From positions 64,001-128,000 of the forward strand of contig JBEKWR010000006.1 in NCBI GenBank assembly GCA_049512935.1: a DNA stretch of 64,000 bases, written 5' to 3'. The translations under genes were made by a program, and so were the position numbers. Below the pieces are notes generated by a model. It was not told the origin of the DNA and searched no databases. It was given only the letters and a program-made list of their open reading frames with translations. This document shows, piece by piece, positions 9,877 to 19,578 of the stretch (positions are counted from its first letter, which is position 1; every line of letters begins with the position of its first letter). Origin of the DNA: Candidatus Bathyarchaeia archaeon (GTDB lineage Archaea; Thermoproteota; Bathyarchaeia; Bathyarchaeales; Bathycorpusculaceae).

Positions 9877-9954
9877 TGGTGGGCCGAGGCGGATTTGAAC
9901 TGCCGACCTTTCGATTATCAGTCGAACGCTCCAGCCGTGCTGAGCTACCGGCCC
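9877..9954 (-). tRNA. tRNA-Ile(GAT), encoded CCA
   Basis: GGGCCGGTAGCTCAG...TTCGA-CT-GAT-AA-TCGAA...GTTCAAATC...TCGGCCCACCA cloverleaf. Confidence 0.95.
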
Positions 9955-10051
9955 ACCGAATAGAGCACTGAAGTTAAATATTATGTTGGTTTATAAGAAT
10001 TGCCGTAAATCTTTTAATGCAACTCCATTATTGAGTTGTTAGGTCAGGTTT
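9955..10051. promoter_or_regulatory. Divergent promoter region for the two tRNA genes
   Basis: 97-bp AT-rich spacer with TATA-like TTTATAAG (~9990) and TTTTAA (~10012), each ~35-40 bp from a mature tRNA 5' end. Confidence 0.55.
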
Positions 10052-10130
10052 GGGCTCGTAGCCTAGCACGGATTAAGGTGTCGGCCTTCGGAGCCGGAGA
10101 TCGTGGGTTCAAATCCCACCGGGCCCGCCA
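10052..10130 (+). tRNA. tRNA-Arg(TCG), encoded CCA
   Basis: GGGCTCGTAGCCTAG...TCGGC-CT-TCG-GA-GCCGG...GTGGGTTCAAATCCCAC-CGGGCCCGCCA. Confidence 0.95.
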
Positions 10131-10334
10131 ATGATTTCTCCAGCTGTCAATTTCTGTTTTTTCGAGAGAGTGAATGCACTTAATTCCGTAATGTTTTTTT
10201 GGGGGGCTCGCGTCATCGACGCGTTTTGGCTTTTCTACGATTGATTTAATTTTGTTCGGTGTTTGTTTTAGCTATGTTTAGCTGTTGATTTAGCGGTTTT
10301 ATAAAGTGATGCAAGGACACGCTTTGAACAGTGG

Positions 10335-11735
10335 TTGGCTGCGAGGTGCCGAATGCTCTGCACTTTATCGCCCGCCAGAGCGGTAGTCCGCGTGTCTGAC
10401 AAGCACATCGTAGAAAAACTAAGCGAAAATTATCCCTTGTTAAGCATCATAGTCGGAGCTGTGCTCGTTTCGGCTTCGGTAGGTCCCTACCAAAACGGCG
10501 ACACTCAATGGGAGTTCGAAGCCGCCTCGGGTGTGCTCAGGTGGGGCATGCCCTACGTTAACAGCTTCGGAAACCTCATGAATCAGCCGCCTCTGGGCTT
10601 CTACACTGAAGCGCTCTTCTTCAAAGCGTTCGGCTTGTCAATCACCACGGGCACGGTGCTGATAGGGCTGTTCGGGCTCGGCTGCATCGTCCTAGTTTAC
10701 AAAATCGGCGAGGCATGGTACGGCAAAACGACGGGTCTGCTGGCTGCCGCGCTTTTCGCGTTTACGCCGTGGGAGCTCGTCCTGTCAAGAAGCTTCCTTA
10801 TCGATACGCAGTGCCTGTTTTTCAGCCTGCTTTATTTGTTCGTGGGAACCGTTGCCGTTCGCAGAGGCTCATTTAAGCTTTTTATGGTTTCTGGGGCTCT
10901 TTTCGCCGCTGCCTTTCTAACGAAGGCATACGCGGTTTTTGCGTTGATTCCGCTGTTGCTGATGCTTGTTCATTATCGACCAAAAAGCATAGGGCGCGCG
11001 TTTGGCTGGCTGGCTGCGTTTTTCTTGCCTGCTATCTTGTCTTCTTTTTTATGGTATCAAGTTGTTTCCGGGCAAGGAATGCTGGCAGCCCTCTTTCAAG
11101 GCGGCGTCGTGACCCATAACGTCAGCGGAGTTGTTCCCACACCATTTTTTGTCGCCAATTTTCTGGAAAATTACGGGCTGGGCTGGTTTTTCCTTGATGC
11201 CGCAGTCTTGTCTTTGCTTGTTTGCGTTGTGTACAGAAAATTCCGAGGGACGCTTTTTTCCGATTTAACCTGCTTGGTAACCATTCTGGCTGTATTGGGC
11301 GTCAACACTTTTTTGGGGGCTGCTCTTAACCTTAAATCGCCCTACCTTGACTCCGTCAAATTTGACTATCAGACTTTGCCGTTCTTTTGCCTGTTGGCGG
11401 CGTCACTAGCCCCCAAGAGCCTTTCAATGCTTAAGTCAGCAAAACTAGACTTGAACCTGAAAAAGCTCAAATTCTCCGTCGGCTTGCTCGGGTTAACGTT
11501 GCTTGCCGCTTCGCTGGCTTTCAACTTCCTTTACATCCACAACTTGTCAACAGCTAACTACTTGCTTTTCAGAGTGGAGCCAAACGTCAACTTGGGCTAC
11601 TCCCTTTTTGACCCCAAATCTCAAAGCGCGCTCAGTCTCCTAACGGTTACGCAATACTTAGGGTTTGCAATCGCGCTTTCTGGACTCGGTTGGGCAGGCA
11701 GAAAAAAACTCCCGTTGCATCCAAGGCAACTTTGA
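10335..11735 (+). CDS. GT-C fold glycosyltransferase (ArnT/PMT_2 family); true start probably ~10392
   Basis: NQPPLGFY, GLLAAALFAFTP, SRSFLID and AAFLTK motifs; multiple TM helices. Confidence 0.85.
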   Translation: MAARCRMLCTLSPARAVVRVSDKHIVEKLSENYPLLSIIVGAVLVSASVGPYQNGDTQWEFEAASGVLRWGMPYVNSFGNLMNQPPLGFYTEALFFKAFGLSITTGTVLIGLFGLGCIVLVYKIGEAWYGKTTGLLAAALFAFTPWELVLSRSFLIDTQCLFFSLLYLFVGTVAVRRGSFKLFMVSGALFAAAFLTKAYAVFALIPLLLMLVHYRPKSIGRAFGWLAAFFLPAILSSFLWYQVVSGQGMLAALFQGGVVTHNVSGVVPTPFFVANFLENYGLGWFFLDAAVLSLLVCVVYRKFRGTLFSDLTCLVTILAVLGVNTFLGAALNLKSPYLDSVKFDYQTLPFFCLLAASLAPKSLSMLKSAKLDLNLKKLKFSVGLLGLTLLAASLAFNFLYIHNLSTANYLLFRVEPNVNLGYSLFDPKSQSALSLLTVTQYLGFAIALSGLGWAGRKKLPLHPRQL

Positions 11736-11872
11736 CAAATGGTTTCGATTTGAACAAAACAAGAAAAACTAAAGCTAAAAGACAACAAGAACGTGTCTTC
11801 TTTTCAAAAAAAGGTTCAACAAAAAACTAATTGGGGTTTTGTGAGTTTAGGTTGAGCTTGTTGCGGATTAGC

Positions 11873-11998
11873 TTATAGCCCGTCTACTAGATGGGCTGTT
11901 CCGTCTGGGCAGTAAACACAGCTGCCTTTTTCAACGATGCAGTAGCGTCTGTTGCACTCTTTCATTTGCGAGCATCCGTCGCAGTCTCTTGACAACAT
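11873..11998 (-). CDS. 41-aa Cys-rich microprotein (putative zinc binder), not in ORF track
   Basis: MLSRDCDGCSQMKECNRRYCIVEKGSCVYCPDGTAHLVDGL*; GGAGG Shine-Dalgarno 7 nt upstream of ATG. Confidence 0.75.
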   Translation of the reverse strand: MLSRDCDGCSQMKECNRRYCIVEKGSCVYCPDGTAHLVDGL

Positions 11999-12580
11999 TT
12001 CTTTTCCTCCTACGAGTTATCGTGATTTTTATGATTTTTTGGCAGAGGCGCGCTTGCGCATGTTGCAAACTGGCATCCCGCGGATTCGCAGGGTGAGCCT
12101 TTTGCCTCTGATAGAGCCAAGCAGAAGATGGAAAGCCGCTTTTAAAGGTGTTGCAATGGTTGAAGCAAACTCTAAGGGGAAAGTCTTTGGAAACCCTTTC
12201 CCCAAATCTGGCTGGCGCCTTTGCTCTTCAAGCAACTTTTAACCATTTTAGCTTTTAAATCAATTCTTATATAGCCCCAGATGCAGAAACCTAGTGAGGA
12301 GTATGAAGGAGAAAGTTTGGCTTAACGTGACCGCTCCAGCCAGCTAAAAAACAAAACGCTGAAAAGCCCGAGGGAACCACGGGGTGCAATCTTTACCCTT
12401 CAGAAAGCTGCTCCAAAAGGATAGAACAGCATCCGCTATTCTCTCCAACGCATTTCTCATCGACCCAGCAACACCCAAGTGTTCGCTTGTAAACGACGTT
12501 AAATCGCAGACCTTAGTGCTTAGCGGATTGCCAACGGCTCGTTGCGGGTCGGCGAACGTTACCCGCAGGAGGATTAAACT

Positions 12581-14209
12581 GTGAAGAAACTTTTCTGGCT
12601 GCTTTACGTTCTTGTTCCGCTAGCGGTCGCCCTCGGCTTAAGGCTTTACCCTACCCTAACGACGGGGATGCCGTTCTCAACCGACGGGTGGCCGATTATA
12701 AGAAACACCGAGCTCATCATAAAAAACACGCCTGTGCCCTTGAACAGCAACATCTTCGACGGCTACGACAACTTCATGCCTGCAAGCAGCCTTTTTTCAG
12801 CGATCCTCTCTGAAGTGACAGGCGTAGCGCCGATGAACGTCACGGCCCTTGCCATGCCAATAGTCGGCGCCCTTGCCATCCCGATTTTCTACGTCTTAGT
12901 CAACAGAATAACAAGAAACGCCTCCGTTTCCCTCGTAGCCTCAATCCTGCTGGCAACCGCTTTCCCCTGCACCATGTTCACGGCAGGAGTCACGAAGGAA
13001 ACCTACGCCAGCCCACTCTACATTTTGCTGATCCTACTGTTCCTCCTCAAACACGACTGGAAAACAACCGTCCTGTTCTTAACGGTCTCAGCCGCGCTGG
13101 TGTTGTCCCATCAAGTGACAGCCTTCTTAACGTTAGCTGTGTTAACCCTGCTTTCAGTGGGCTTTTGCGTCAGCAGAGCCGACGCGGAGCCAAAGCGCAA
13201 CTCGAACAAATCAAACTTTTTGTACGTGGGTATCCTGTCGACCGTCGCGGGGCTCTACTTTGGGCTCTACGCGAATGCGGCGCTGATCGTTACAGTGACG
13301 CCGAGCGACCTGCTTACGTTAGGCGCCTACGTTATCCTCATAACCGCCGCAACCCTGTATCTGCTGCTGAAACCAGTCAAGCCCGCCAAAACACACGTAA
13401 CCGCCCTTCTCAAATACGCTGTAAGCTTCCTAGTGCCAGCAGGCATCGTGTTTCTGTCAACAAGAATCCCGCTGGTGCCTGGAGCCCCCAAGCTGCCTCT
13501 GCATTATTTCGTTTACGCCACGCCCTTCCTGATTGCGGGACCCTTAATCGTGTACGGGCTAAGCGGGTTGCGGAAAAACAATTTTTCTCTGCTGATTCCA
13601 GTTTTGTGGTTCACAGCCATACTTAGCCCCGCAGTTTACTTGGTTTTCGCCGATGTCCCAAGCGAAACAGTATCGGTCTACAGGTTCCTCGATTTTCTGT
13701 TGCCGCCGATGATAATTCTTATGGCAGCAAGCTTGGGCAAAGTGTACAACTCTAAACCGAGGCGTTTCCATACGGATAAAATCGCGAAGTTTGCTGCTGT
13801 CGCCTTAATTGCAATCATAACTGCCACCAGCACGTTCAGCTTGTATGCCGCTGTCTCTTTGCAGGAGCCTTACCTTGGCTACTTCTGGAGCTACCAGCCC
13901 TCGGAGTACGCTGCGTCCAGCTGGATTGCCCAGAGATGCGGTAATCAAACGGTGACGGGAGACGCGAAAACCCAGTATCTTTTAAGCGGCTACTTTAACG
14001 TGAAAGTCAGCGTGTGGCCAGGTTTGGACTTCTTGGCTGGAAACGGCAGAGACCCGAGCATCCTGTACGTTTACAACGAAATGAAAACGAACGGGTACGT
14101 TCTCTACGGCGGAACCGTTGCGCCCTTGCCTGAAAACTGGACAGATAAACTCACAGACCTCAATGTAGTCTACACAAACAATGAAGTAACTATCTATTTG
14201 GCGCGGTGA
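12581..14209 (+). CDS. Multi-pass membrane protein, GT-C/AglB-like glycosylation family
   Basis: LGLRLYP...STDGWP, many TM helices, soluble C-terminus (SEYAASSWI...LNVVYTNNEV). Confidence 0.7.
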   Translation: MKKLFWLLYVLVPLAVALGLRLYPTLTTGMPFSTDGWPIIRNTELIIKNTPVPLNSNIFDGYDNFMPASSLFSAILSEVTGVAPMNVTALAMPIVGALAIPIFYVLVNRITRNASVSLVASILLATAFPCTMFTAGVTKETYASPLYILLILLFLLKHDWKTTVLFLTVSAALVLSHQVTAFLTLAVLTLLSVGFCVSRADAEPKRNSNKSNFLYVGILSTVAGLYFGLYANAALIVTVTPSDLLTLGAYVILITAATLYLLLKPVKPAKTHVTALLKYAVSFLVPAGIVFLSTRIPLVPGAPKLPLHYFVYATPFLIAGPLIVYGLSGLRKNNFSLLIPVLWFTAILSPAVYLVFADVPSETVSVYRFLDFLLPPMIILMAASLGKVYNSKPRRFHTDKIAKFAAVALIAIITATSTFSLYAAVSLQEPYLGYFWSYQPSEYAASSWIAQRCGNQTVTGDAKTQYLLSGYFNVKVSVWPGLDFLAGNGRDPSILYVYNEMKTNGYVLYGGTVAPLPENWTDKLTDLNVVYTNNEVTIYLAR

Positions 14210-14232
14210 ACGAGGCGTTTCCAGAGAAGTTT

Positions 14233-14862
14233 TTACTCGTCTTCTTCTTCCGCTGGCTCTTCCTGCGGTTCAGCGGTCTCCGCCTTTTGCGCTTCACTTG
14301 ACAGCAACATGTTGATCAGCGCTTTCTGGTCGACTTCCGCCCCCGTACGCCAATCAAGATACAGTTGCCCATTGTCGTCTTGCCCAAGGTAGCCGTAGCG
14401 TATGTAACGGTCGATGTTTAAGCCGATTTTCCAGTTAGGCATTTTTTCGCCGAGAAGTTTTTCAACGTCTTTCCGAGACGCCTGCCCCTTCTTGCTGATG
14501 ATGTACGAGATCGTTATGGCTAAGCCTGCCAGGTCGTCGATGCGCCAGCCGATCAACTTGTCTTTAGTCTGCAGGCCGCCGCGCAGCGCCACGTAGAATC
14601 TTGCCTTGTCCAGCTCCTCCAGCGTCGGCTTCTCAGGCGGTTTTTCCTCTTCGAAAACGGTTTTAACCTGCAGGTCGAGCGGTTTCAGGTAATCGTCAAG
14701 CAAGTCAAGCACTTTAGGGTAGTCTGAGCCTAACGCTTTATGCAGCTCGGAACCTCTTACGCCCGGCTTCTGATGCCTCTTATAGAAAAGCATCTGCGTT
14801 GCCTTCTTGATTTTGCCGCCGTAAACGCCTCTCTTGCTCAATCCCGCTCGCCTCTTTTCCAT
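14233..14862 (-). CDS. KITE-type tandem winged-helix SMC subunit (Nse1/Nse3-like)
   Basis: Two WH-like halves; YLDWRTGAEVD resembles the Nse1/MAGE 'L/WGPRxxxE' motif; third gene of SMC operon. Confidence 0.6.
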   Translation of the reverse strand: MEKRRAGLSKRGVYGGKIKKATQMLFYKRHQKPGVRGSELHKALGSDYPKVLDLLDDYLKPLDLQVKTVFEEEKPPEKPTLEELDKARFYVALRGGLQTKDKLIGWRIDDLAGLAITISYIISKKGQASRKDVEKLLGEKMPNWKIGLNIDRYIRYGYLGQDDNGQLYLDWRTGAEVDQKALINMLLSSEAQKAETAEPQEEPAEEEDE

Positions 14863-15674
14863 TTCTGCCAGTCTTCACATGAAACGGCGATGGGCACCGA
14901 CGTCGATTGCTGCGTCAAAAGTTCCGTTCTCTGGCGCTCGAACGGCTTTATCAAAACAAGCTCTTCCAAAGTGTCAATCTCCAAGGTCGCGTAACCGTAA
15001 GTGATTAAGAAGCTGGTTAAGAAGGCTCTTTGAACCGTCTGCTCGTAAGTGTCTGCCCCGATGAAGTCCCAGTAGTCGATTTTACCGTCCTGCCCCTTCG
15101 CGGCTGCGCAGTCTTTGAGTTCCTGCCAGTAACAGCTGAGCTCCTCCGAGAATTCCCTGTCGCTTAGGATGCGCTGCTTAATCAACTCGTCCCTGCTTGC
15201 GTAGCTGTTTGAAACTTCCGCGGCTTCGAAGTTTTTCCACCTGTCAACGATGGGCGACAAATTTTCCCAGTAGAGCAGCCCCTGCGCCAAAGTGTTCAGG
15301 CTGACTTGTTCAAACTCAACCAGCGGGTTCCAAGCGCGAAGGAAGAGGTCAACCATTTCCTCCTTGCCGAGCTTCATGATTTTCTCCTCCAGAAGAAACG
15401 GGTCGGTGTAGAGGGCGGTTGAACGCTGCTTTACCCATTCGCTCTGCATCTTGATGACCGTGGCTAAATGATGCAGTGTTTCAGCGTCAAGCTTTAACTC
15501 TTCAGGGTTCTGCCACTGCGGAAAATACTCCTTAATCACCTGGATGATTTCGTCAACGTCCAGCATGAAAGGCTCAACCGAGCGGTTTTCAATGGCGACG
15601 CACATCTCAATTACGCGTTCAAGCCTTTCCCTTCCCAGAACCTTAGAAGCCTTCGCCTTCTTCGCCTTCTGCAT
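14838..15674 (-). CDS. Kleisin (ScpA/Nse4-like) subunit
   Basis: N-terminal VEPFMLDVDEII (ScpA 'IDPWDIDI'-like); C-terminal WH AFLTSFLITYGYATLE...LVLIKP; 1-nt overlap with SMC gene. Confidence 0.65.
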   Translation of the reverse strand: MQKAKKAKASKVLGRERLERVIEMCVAIENRSVEPFMLDVDEIIQVIKEYFPQWQNPEELKLDAETLHHLATVIKMQSEWVKQRSTALYTDPFLLEEKIMKLGKEEMVDLFLRAWNPLVEFEQVSLNTLAQGLLYWENLSPIVDRWKNFEAAEVSNSYASRDELIKQRILSDREFSEELSCYWQELKDCAAAKGQDGKIDYWDFIGADTYEQTVQRAFLTSFLITYGYATLEIDTLEELVLIKPFERQRTELLTQQSTSVPIAVSCEDWQKWKRGERD

Positions 15675-17599
15675 TAGCCAATTACCTCGCGGACAACTGA
15701 TTTTCCTTCTATGTTCTGAACCGTAATCACGTTGGCGTCCTGCTGGGCGAAAGTAATTTGGCTCGGCGTAATCACCACGTACTGGGCGTTCGCGTCTTTG
15801 ATTGTTGCAAGAAGGATTTTGGCGATCATTTCACGGTTCTTCGGATCCATGTGAATGTCATACTCGTCCACAGCGCGGAAAGGCGACCGTACATGCTGCT
15901 GCAAGGCGAGAAGAAAACTCATGGTTGCGGTGGTTCGTTCGCCGCCGCTTTGGGTATAAGCGTCAAGAGCAATGGGTTTCCCGCCTTTGAACCCCACCAT
16001 GATTTCTAAGCCTGCGGCTTCAATGTCCTGACCGTTAGACAACTGCACTACGCCTGTCGCCGACGTCTGAGTCATTATTCGCTGGTACTCCACGTTTACC
16101 CTTTCAAGAAGGTTCTCCATCACTGTGCGCCATGACTGCATCCGCGTCTTCACTTCTGCAAGCGTCTTCTCACGGTTTTCAGCCACAAGCTGCACCTTTT
16201 CTTTGAGTTCCAAGTAAAGTTTCGAGTACGATTCGTACTGGCGTTCAATGTCCTCTGAAACGTCGGCAAGCGCCGCCAGATGCCCGTCGGTTAGGCGGAT
16301 TTCGTCTTGGATGTCGCCTGCGCTTTTGACGGCTACTATTCGTTCACCTGACTCCTGCGCCTTTTGAACCGCCAAGCTCAAGCTTTCATCGGCTTCCTTC
16401 AGCGACTTTTCGATGTCCTTCAGGTTCACGATGGCGTTGGCGCGTTTAAACTCCAGAAGCGCAAGCTTCACCCGCTGCTCTAACAGTTCATCCGACACTT
16501 TTCCAGCCGACCCTTCCAGACTAGCCATTTCCGCCTGGTTCAGCTTAACCCGCTCGTAAGCGCTGGAGATTTCCAGTTCAGAATTTTTCAGCATAGCCTC
16601 CAAGTTTTCGCTTCGGAGCAGCTTTAGCTGGATTTTGCTAGCTTGGATTGTCTGCTCCACCAGCCTGGTTTCTTCAAGCAGTTGGCTGATTAGCTCCTGC
16701 GTCGATTGGTTCTGGGCGATTTCATGTTCAAGGCTTAATCGCTCATCAAAAACGGCTTTTAAGTTCCCTTTCAAGGTTGCACTCTGATTCTGCTGGCTGC
16801 TCAGCTGGCTGGTTATTTCGCGTTTTTCCTCTTCAATCCTGTTAAGTGAATCCTGGTTCTTGTTAAAGTTCGCCTGCAAACTCTTAAGCGTGCTTTCCCG
16901 TCTTTCAACCTCCGCCCAGGATAATTCCCGATTCAGAAAGCGCCTCTTGATCTGCAGCTGCTTCTTCTCCTGGTATTTGTCGTACTGTTCCCGCCAGTAA
17001 GTGAGCGTCTGCTGCGCCTGCTCCAACAGCTTGGTCACCGACTCCTCCTGGGTGAGAATTCTGGTAAGCTTGGTTTTCGCCTGCACAACGTTTTCGCGGA
17101 AAGGCTCCAAACCGACCGCCGCCTCAACCATCCGCAGTTTTTCAATGTTGCTCAGAACGGTGAACTGCTCAACCATGTTCTGATGCATGATGATGAGCAT
17201 GTTGTTAGGGTCCACGCCGAACCTGCCGAGTAGCCGTTCAACGTCCTGTTTGCTGGCAGCGCGGTTTTCAAGCTCAAACCAGTATTTGCCGTCGCGGCGC
17301 ATTACGCGGGTTAGATAAAGCTGGTCTTTAGGGTACTTTGGCACTGGACGCTTGTTGCCTTGCTTGCCGTTGTCTAAAATAAGGGTGACTCGGGCTTGAT
17401 CTTTGCCCCAACGGATTAAATCGCTCAGTTTCCTTGAGCGTTCCGTGTACGTTTGACCCAGACCGACCGATATGGCGAGCAAAAGCGAGGATTTGCCTGC
17501 GCCGTTGGGTCCGCCGATCACGTTTACGCCCTGTTTGAACGGTACCCTAGCATACTCGTAACTCATGAAATTTTCAAGTATAACTTCCTGGATTAGCAT
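15674..17599 (-). CDS. Short SMC-family ATPase, SMC5/6-like head
   Basis: LENFMSY, Walker A GPNGAGKSS, Q-loop IMHQ, coiled coil, signature QSGGER, Walker B/D-loop PFRAVDEYDIHMDPKN. Confidence 0.92.
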   Translation of the reverse strand: MLIQEVILENFMSYEYARVPFKQGVNVIGGPNGAGKSSLLLAISVGLGQTYTERSRKLSDLIRWGKDQARVTLILDNGKQGNKRPVPKYPKDQLYLTRVMRRDGKYWFELENRAASKQDVERLLGRFGVDPNNMLIIMHQNMVEQFTVLSNIEKLRMVEAAVGLEPFRENVVQAKTKLTRILTQEESVTKLLEQAQQTLTYWREQYDKYQEKKQLQIKRRFLNRELSWAEVERRESTLKSLQANFNKNQDSLNRIEEEKREITSQLSSQQNQSATLKGNLKAVFDERLSLEHEIAQNQSTQELISQLLEETRLVEQTIQASKIQLKLLRSENLEAMLKNSELEISSAYERVKLNQAEMASLEGSAGKVSDELLEQRVKLALLEFKRANAIVNLKDIEKSLKEADESLSLAVQKAQESGERIVAVKSAGDIQDEIRLTDGHLAALADVSEDIERQYESYSKLYLELKEKVQLVAENREKTLAEVKTRMQSWRTVMENLLERVNVEYQRIMTQTSATGVVQLSNGQDIEAAGLEIMVGFKGGKPIALDAYTQSGGERTTATMSFLLALQQHVRSPFRAVDEYDIHMDPKNREMIAKILLATIKDANAQYVVITPSQITFAQQDANVITVQNIEGKSVVREVIG

Positions 17600-17811
17600 T
17601 AACTTTTCTAGGCCTCTAAATTGAGCGTTCCTAACTATTGAAAACCGTGTTATTAAAACAGTTTGACACGTTAGTGCTTAATGCTTCCGTGAACCAGAAC
17701 AGGAATGAATCATCCACCAAGCTTGCCGTGGACGCAGGGTTAAGAATTTCAATGTTGTTTTTGAATTCATAAGTGACTTGTATAAGTCCTTACAATTCAT
17801 CCTCTTAAAAC

Positions 17812-18051
17812 ATGGAAGGAATGATAATGTCGAATCAAGTAACCATCAAGAATAGAAAGGCACTCAGGAACGCGTTGGCTGAAGTGTTCAGTGACAGAAT
17901 CAAAGAGTTGCCAAACGAACTACAGTACATCCTGCTGGATGACTTAGTCACAGCCTTTGAGAATCGCCTGTCAACCTTCACCAAGATCCAATCCAGCCAG
18001 TCCACCATAAACTTTGAGTTGGCAGTTGACAACGAAAAAGTCGTTGCTTAA
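17812..18051 (+). CDS. Small hypothetical helical protein
   Basis: 79-aa ORF divergent from SMC operon; TATA-like GTATAAG ~30 bp upstream. Confidence 0.6.
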   Translation: MEGMIMSNQVTIKNRKALRNALAEVFSDRIKELPNELQYILLDDLVTAFENRLSTFTKIQSSQSTINFELAVDNEKVVA

Positions 18052-18198
18052 GAAGCAGCGGCTGCTCTTGCCGTACCAACCTAATGGACAATGGGTTTAC
18101 TGAAAGCATTCGCGTGAAAGGAGCCTCCTTTAGCCATCGAAAGATAGATTGCTTAGAGTCGCAATTGTAAGTCTCTAAGCCCAGAGGGATATTCGAGG

Positions 18199-18621
18199 TT
18201 GAAGTTAAGTTTCAAATGTGAAGTCTTAGCGTTCCTTTTCGGAGCATTAATAATACTTTTAGATTTCGGGGACGACCACACGGGTCCAACCATCGGGAAT
18301 TTAGACACCATTTTCGGACTGAAGCTTTGGCCCATGATGGACGTCATCTACCCGTTAGCCACCATCATCGTTTTCTTGGCTTACGGTCAAGCAAAAGGCA
18401 ACGGAGAATTGAGGTTCAACTCGAAAACCGTGCTGCCTCTGGTAGCGTTCGTGCTGGCGCTCTTCTTAATCAGCATTGACGATGTTTCGAGCGTTCTGAA
18501 CTTGGGATTGACGTTTCCACTGGCATACTGGATAGCGGCGATGTGGCTGTACCCAATCGTCTCGTTTATTGCGTTCTTCAGCTTCGGGCAGGCAAACGAG
18601 CAAGCAAGCAAAACAACATAG
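18199..18621 (+). CDS. Hypothetical 4-TM protein built from an internal duplication
   Basis: YPLATIIVFLAYGQA vs YPIVSFIAFFSFGQA repeat. Confidence 0.7.
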   Translation: MKLSFKCEVLAFLFGALIILLDFGDDHTGPTIGNLDTIFGLKLWPMMDVIYPLATIIVFLAYGQAKGNGELRFNSKTVLPLVAFVLALFLISIDDVSSVLNLGLTFPLAYWIAAMWLYPIVSFIAFFSFGQANEQASKTT

Positions 18622-18756
18622 ACGCAATCGACAGTTCGCCGTGACCGCCGTTTTCAGGCTGGCGCGTGAAGGCTTTTTCAAATGGCTGAATATTGATTGT
18701 GAATTAGTAAGCTATAACTTGTTTAAGGGCACAAGAACTTCCAAGTAGGGCGATGC

Positions 18757-19578
18757 TTGTTGCAAACAAAGTTCGGCTCCGCTTCCGAGCCCCTGATTGA
18801 AACGTCTGCGCTCACTAAGCGGTTCGGCTCGGTTCAGGCTTTAACCGAATTGAACCTGCGGGTTATGCCAGGCGAAATTTATGGTTTGCTGGGTCCGAAC
18901 GGCGCAGGCAAAACGACAACGATCAAAACGATCCTTGGCTTGTCAGAGCCCACTTCAGGCTGGGTCAAGGTCTGCAGCTTTGATCCTGTGAAGAGCCCGA
19001 TTGAGGTCAAATCAAGAATCGGTTACGTGGCTGAAAACCCGATAGTTTACGATTCTTTGTCTCCCAGGGACTTCCTGGAGTTTGTGGCTTCCATCAGGAA
19101 AACCGATCAAGCCGCCGTTAACGGGTTAGTCGGACAATTGGCAAGCGCTTTTGACATGGCATCGTACTTCGACTCGCCGATAGCCACCCTTTCGCTCGGG
19201 ATGAAGCAGAAGGTCGCTTTGATCGCTTCGCTTATCCACCAACCCCCCGTGCTTCTGCTTGATGAGCCGCTCAACGGTTTGGACGCTAAGAGCAGCCGCA
19301 TCGTCAAGGAGTTGGTTTCTTTTCACGCTCAGAAAGGCGGCGCAGTCCTGTTCTCAACCCACATCATGCAGGTGGCTGAGCAGGTCTGCACAAGAATAGG
19401 CATAATATACCAGGGCAGAGTGATTGCCGAAGGAACCCTCGAAGAACTGAGAGGCAAAACCGAAGGCGGAGGCGGCACGCTGGAGGAGGTTTTCCTCAAG
19501 TTAACCCACGAGGAGGACGAGGTCGCCGATACGATGAGGATGCTGAGGGAGGCATTCTTCAAGAATGAAGCCAAGTGA
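18757..19578 (+). CDS. ABC transporter ATP-binding protein
   Basis: GPNGAGKTT, LSLGMKQK, LLLDEP and STH motifs. Confidence 0.95.
   Translation: MLQTKFGSASEPLIETSALTKRFGSVQALTELNLRVMPGEIYGLLGPNGAGKTTTIKTILGLSEPTSGWVKVCSFDPVKSPIEVKSRIGYVAENPIVYDSLSPRDFLEFVASIRKTDQAAVNGLVGQLASAFDMASYFDSPIATLSLGMKQKVALIASLIHQPPVLLLDEPLNGLDAKSSRIVKELVSFHAQKGGAVLFSTHIMQVAEQVCTRIGIIYQGRVIAEGTLEELRGKTEGGGGTLEEVFLKLTHEEDEVADTMRMLREAFFKNEAK

Noticed and set aside
10052-10130. tRNA used as an integration site
   Set aside because: No duplicate of either tRNA 3' end and no integrase gene was seen in the window
14233-17599. Wadjet (JetABCD) or Rad50-Mre11 assignment
   Set aside because: No JetD/Toprim or Mre11 nuclease gene is adjacent, there is no zinc hook, and the head motifs are SMC5/6-like
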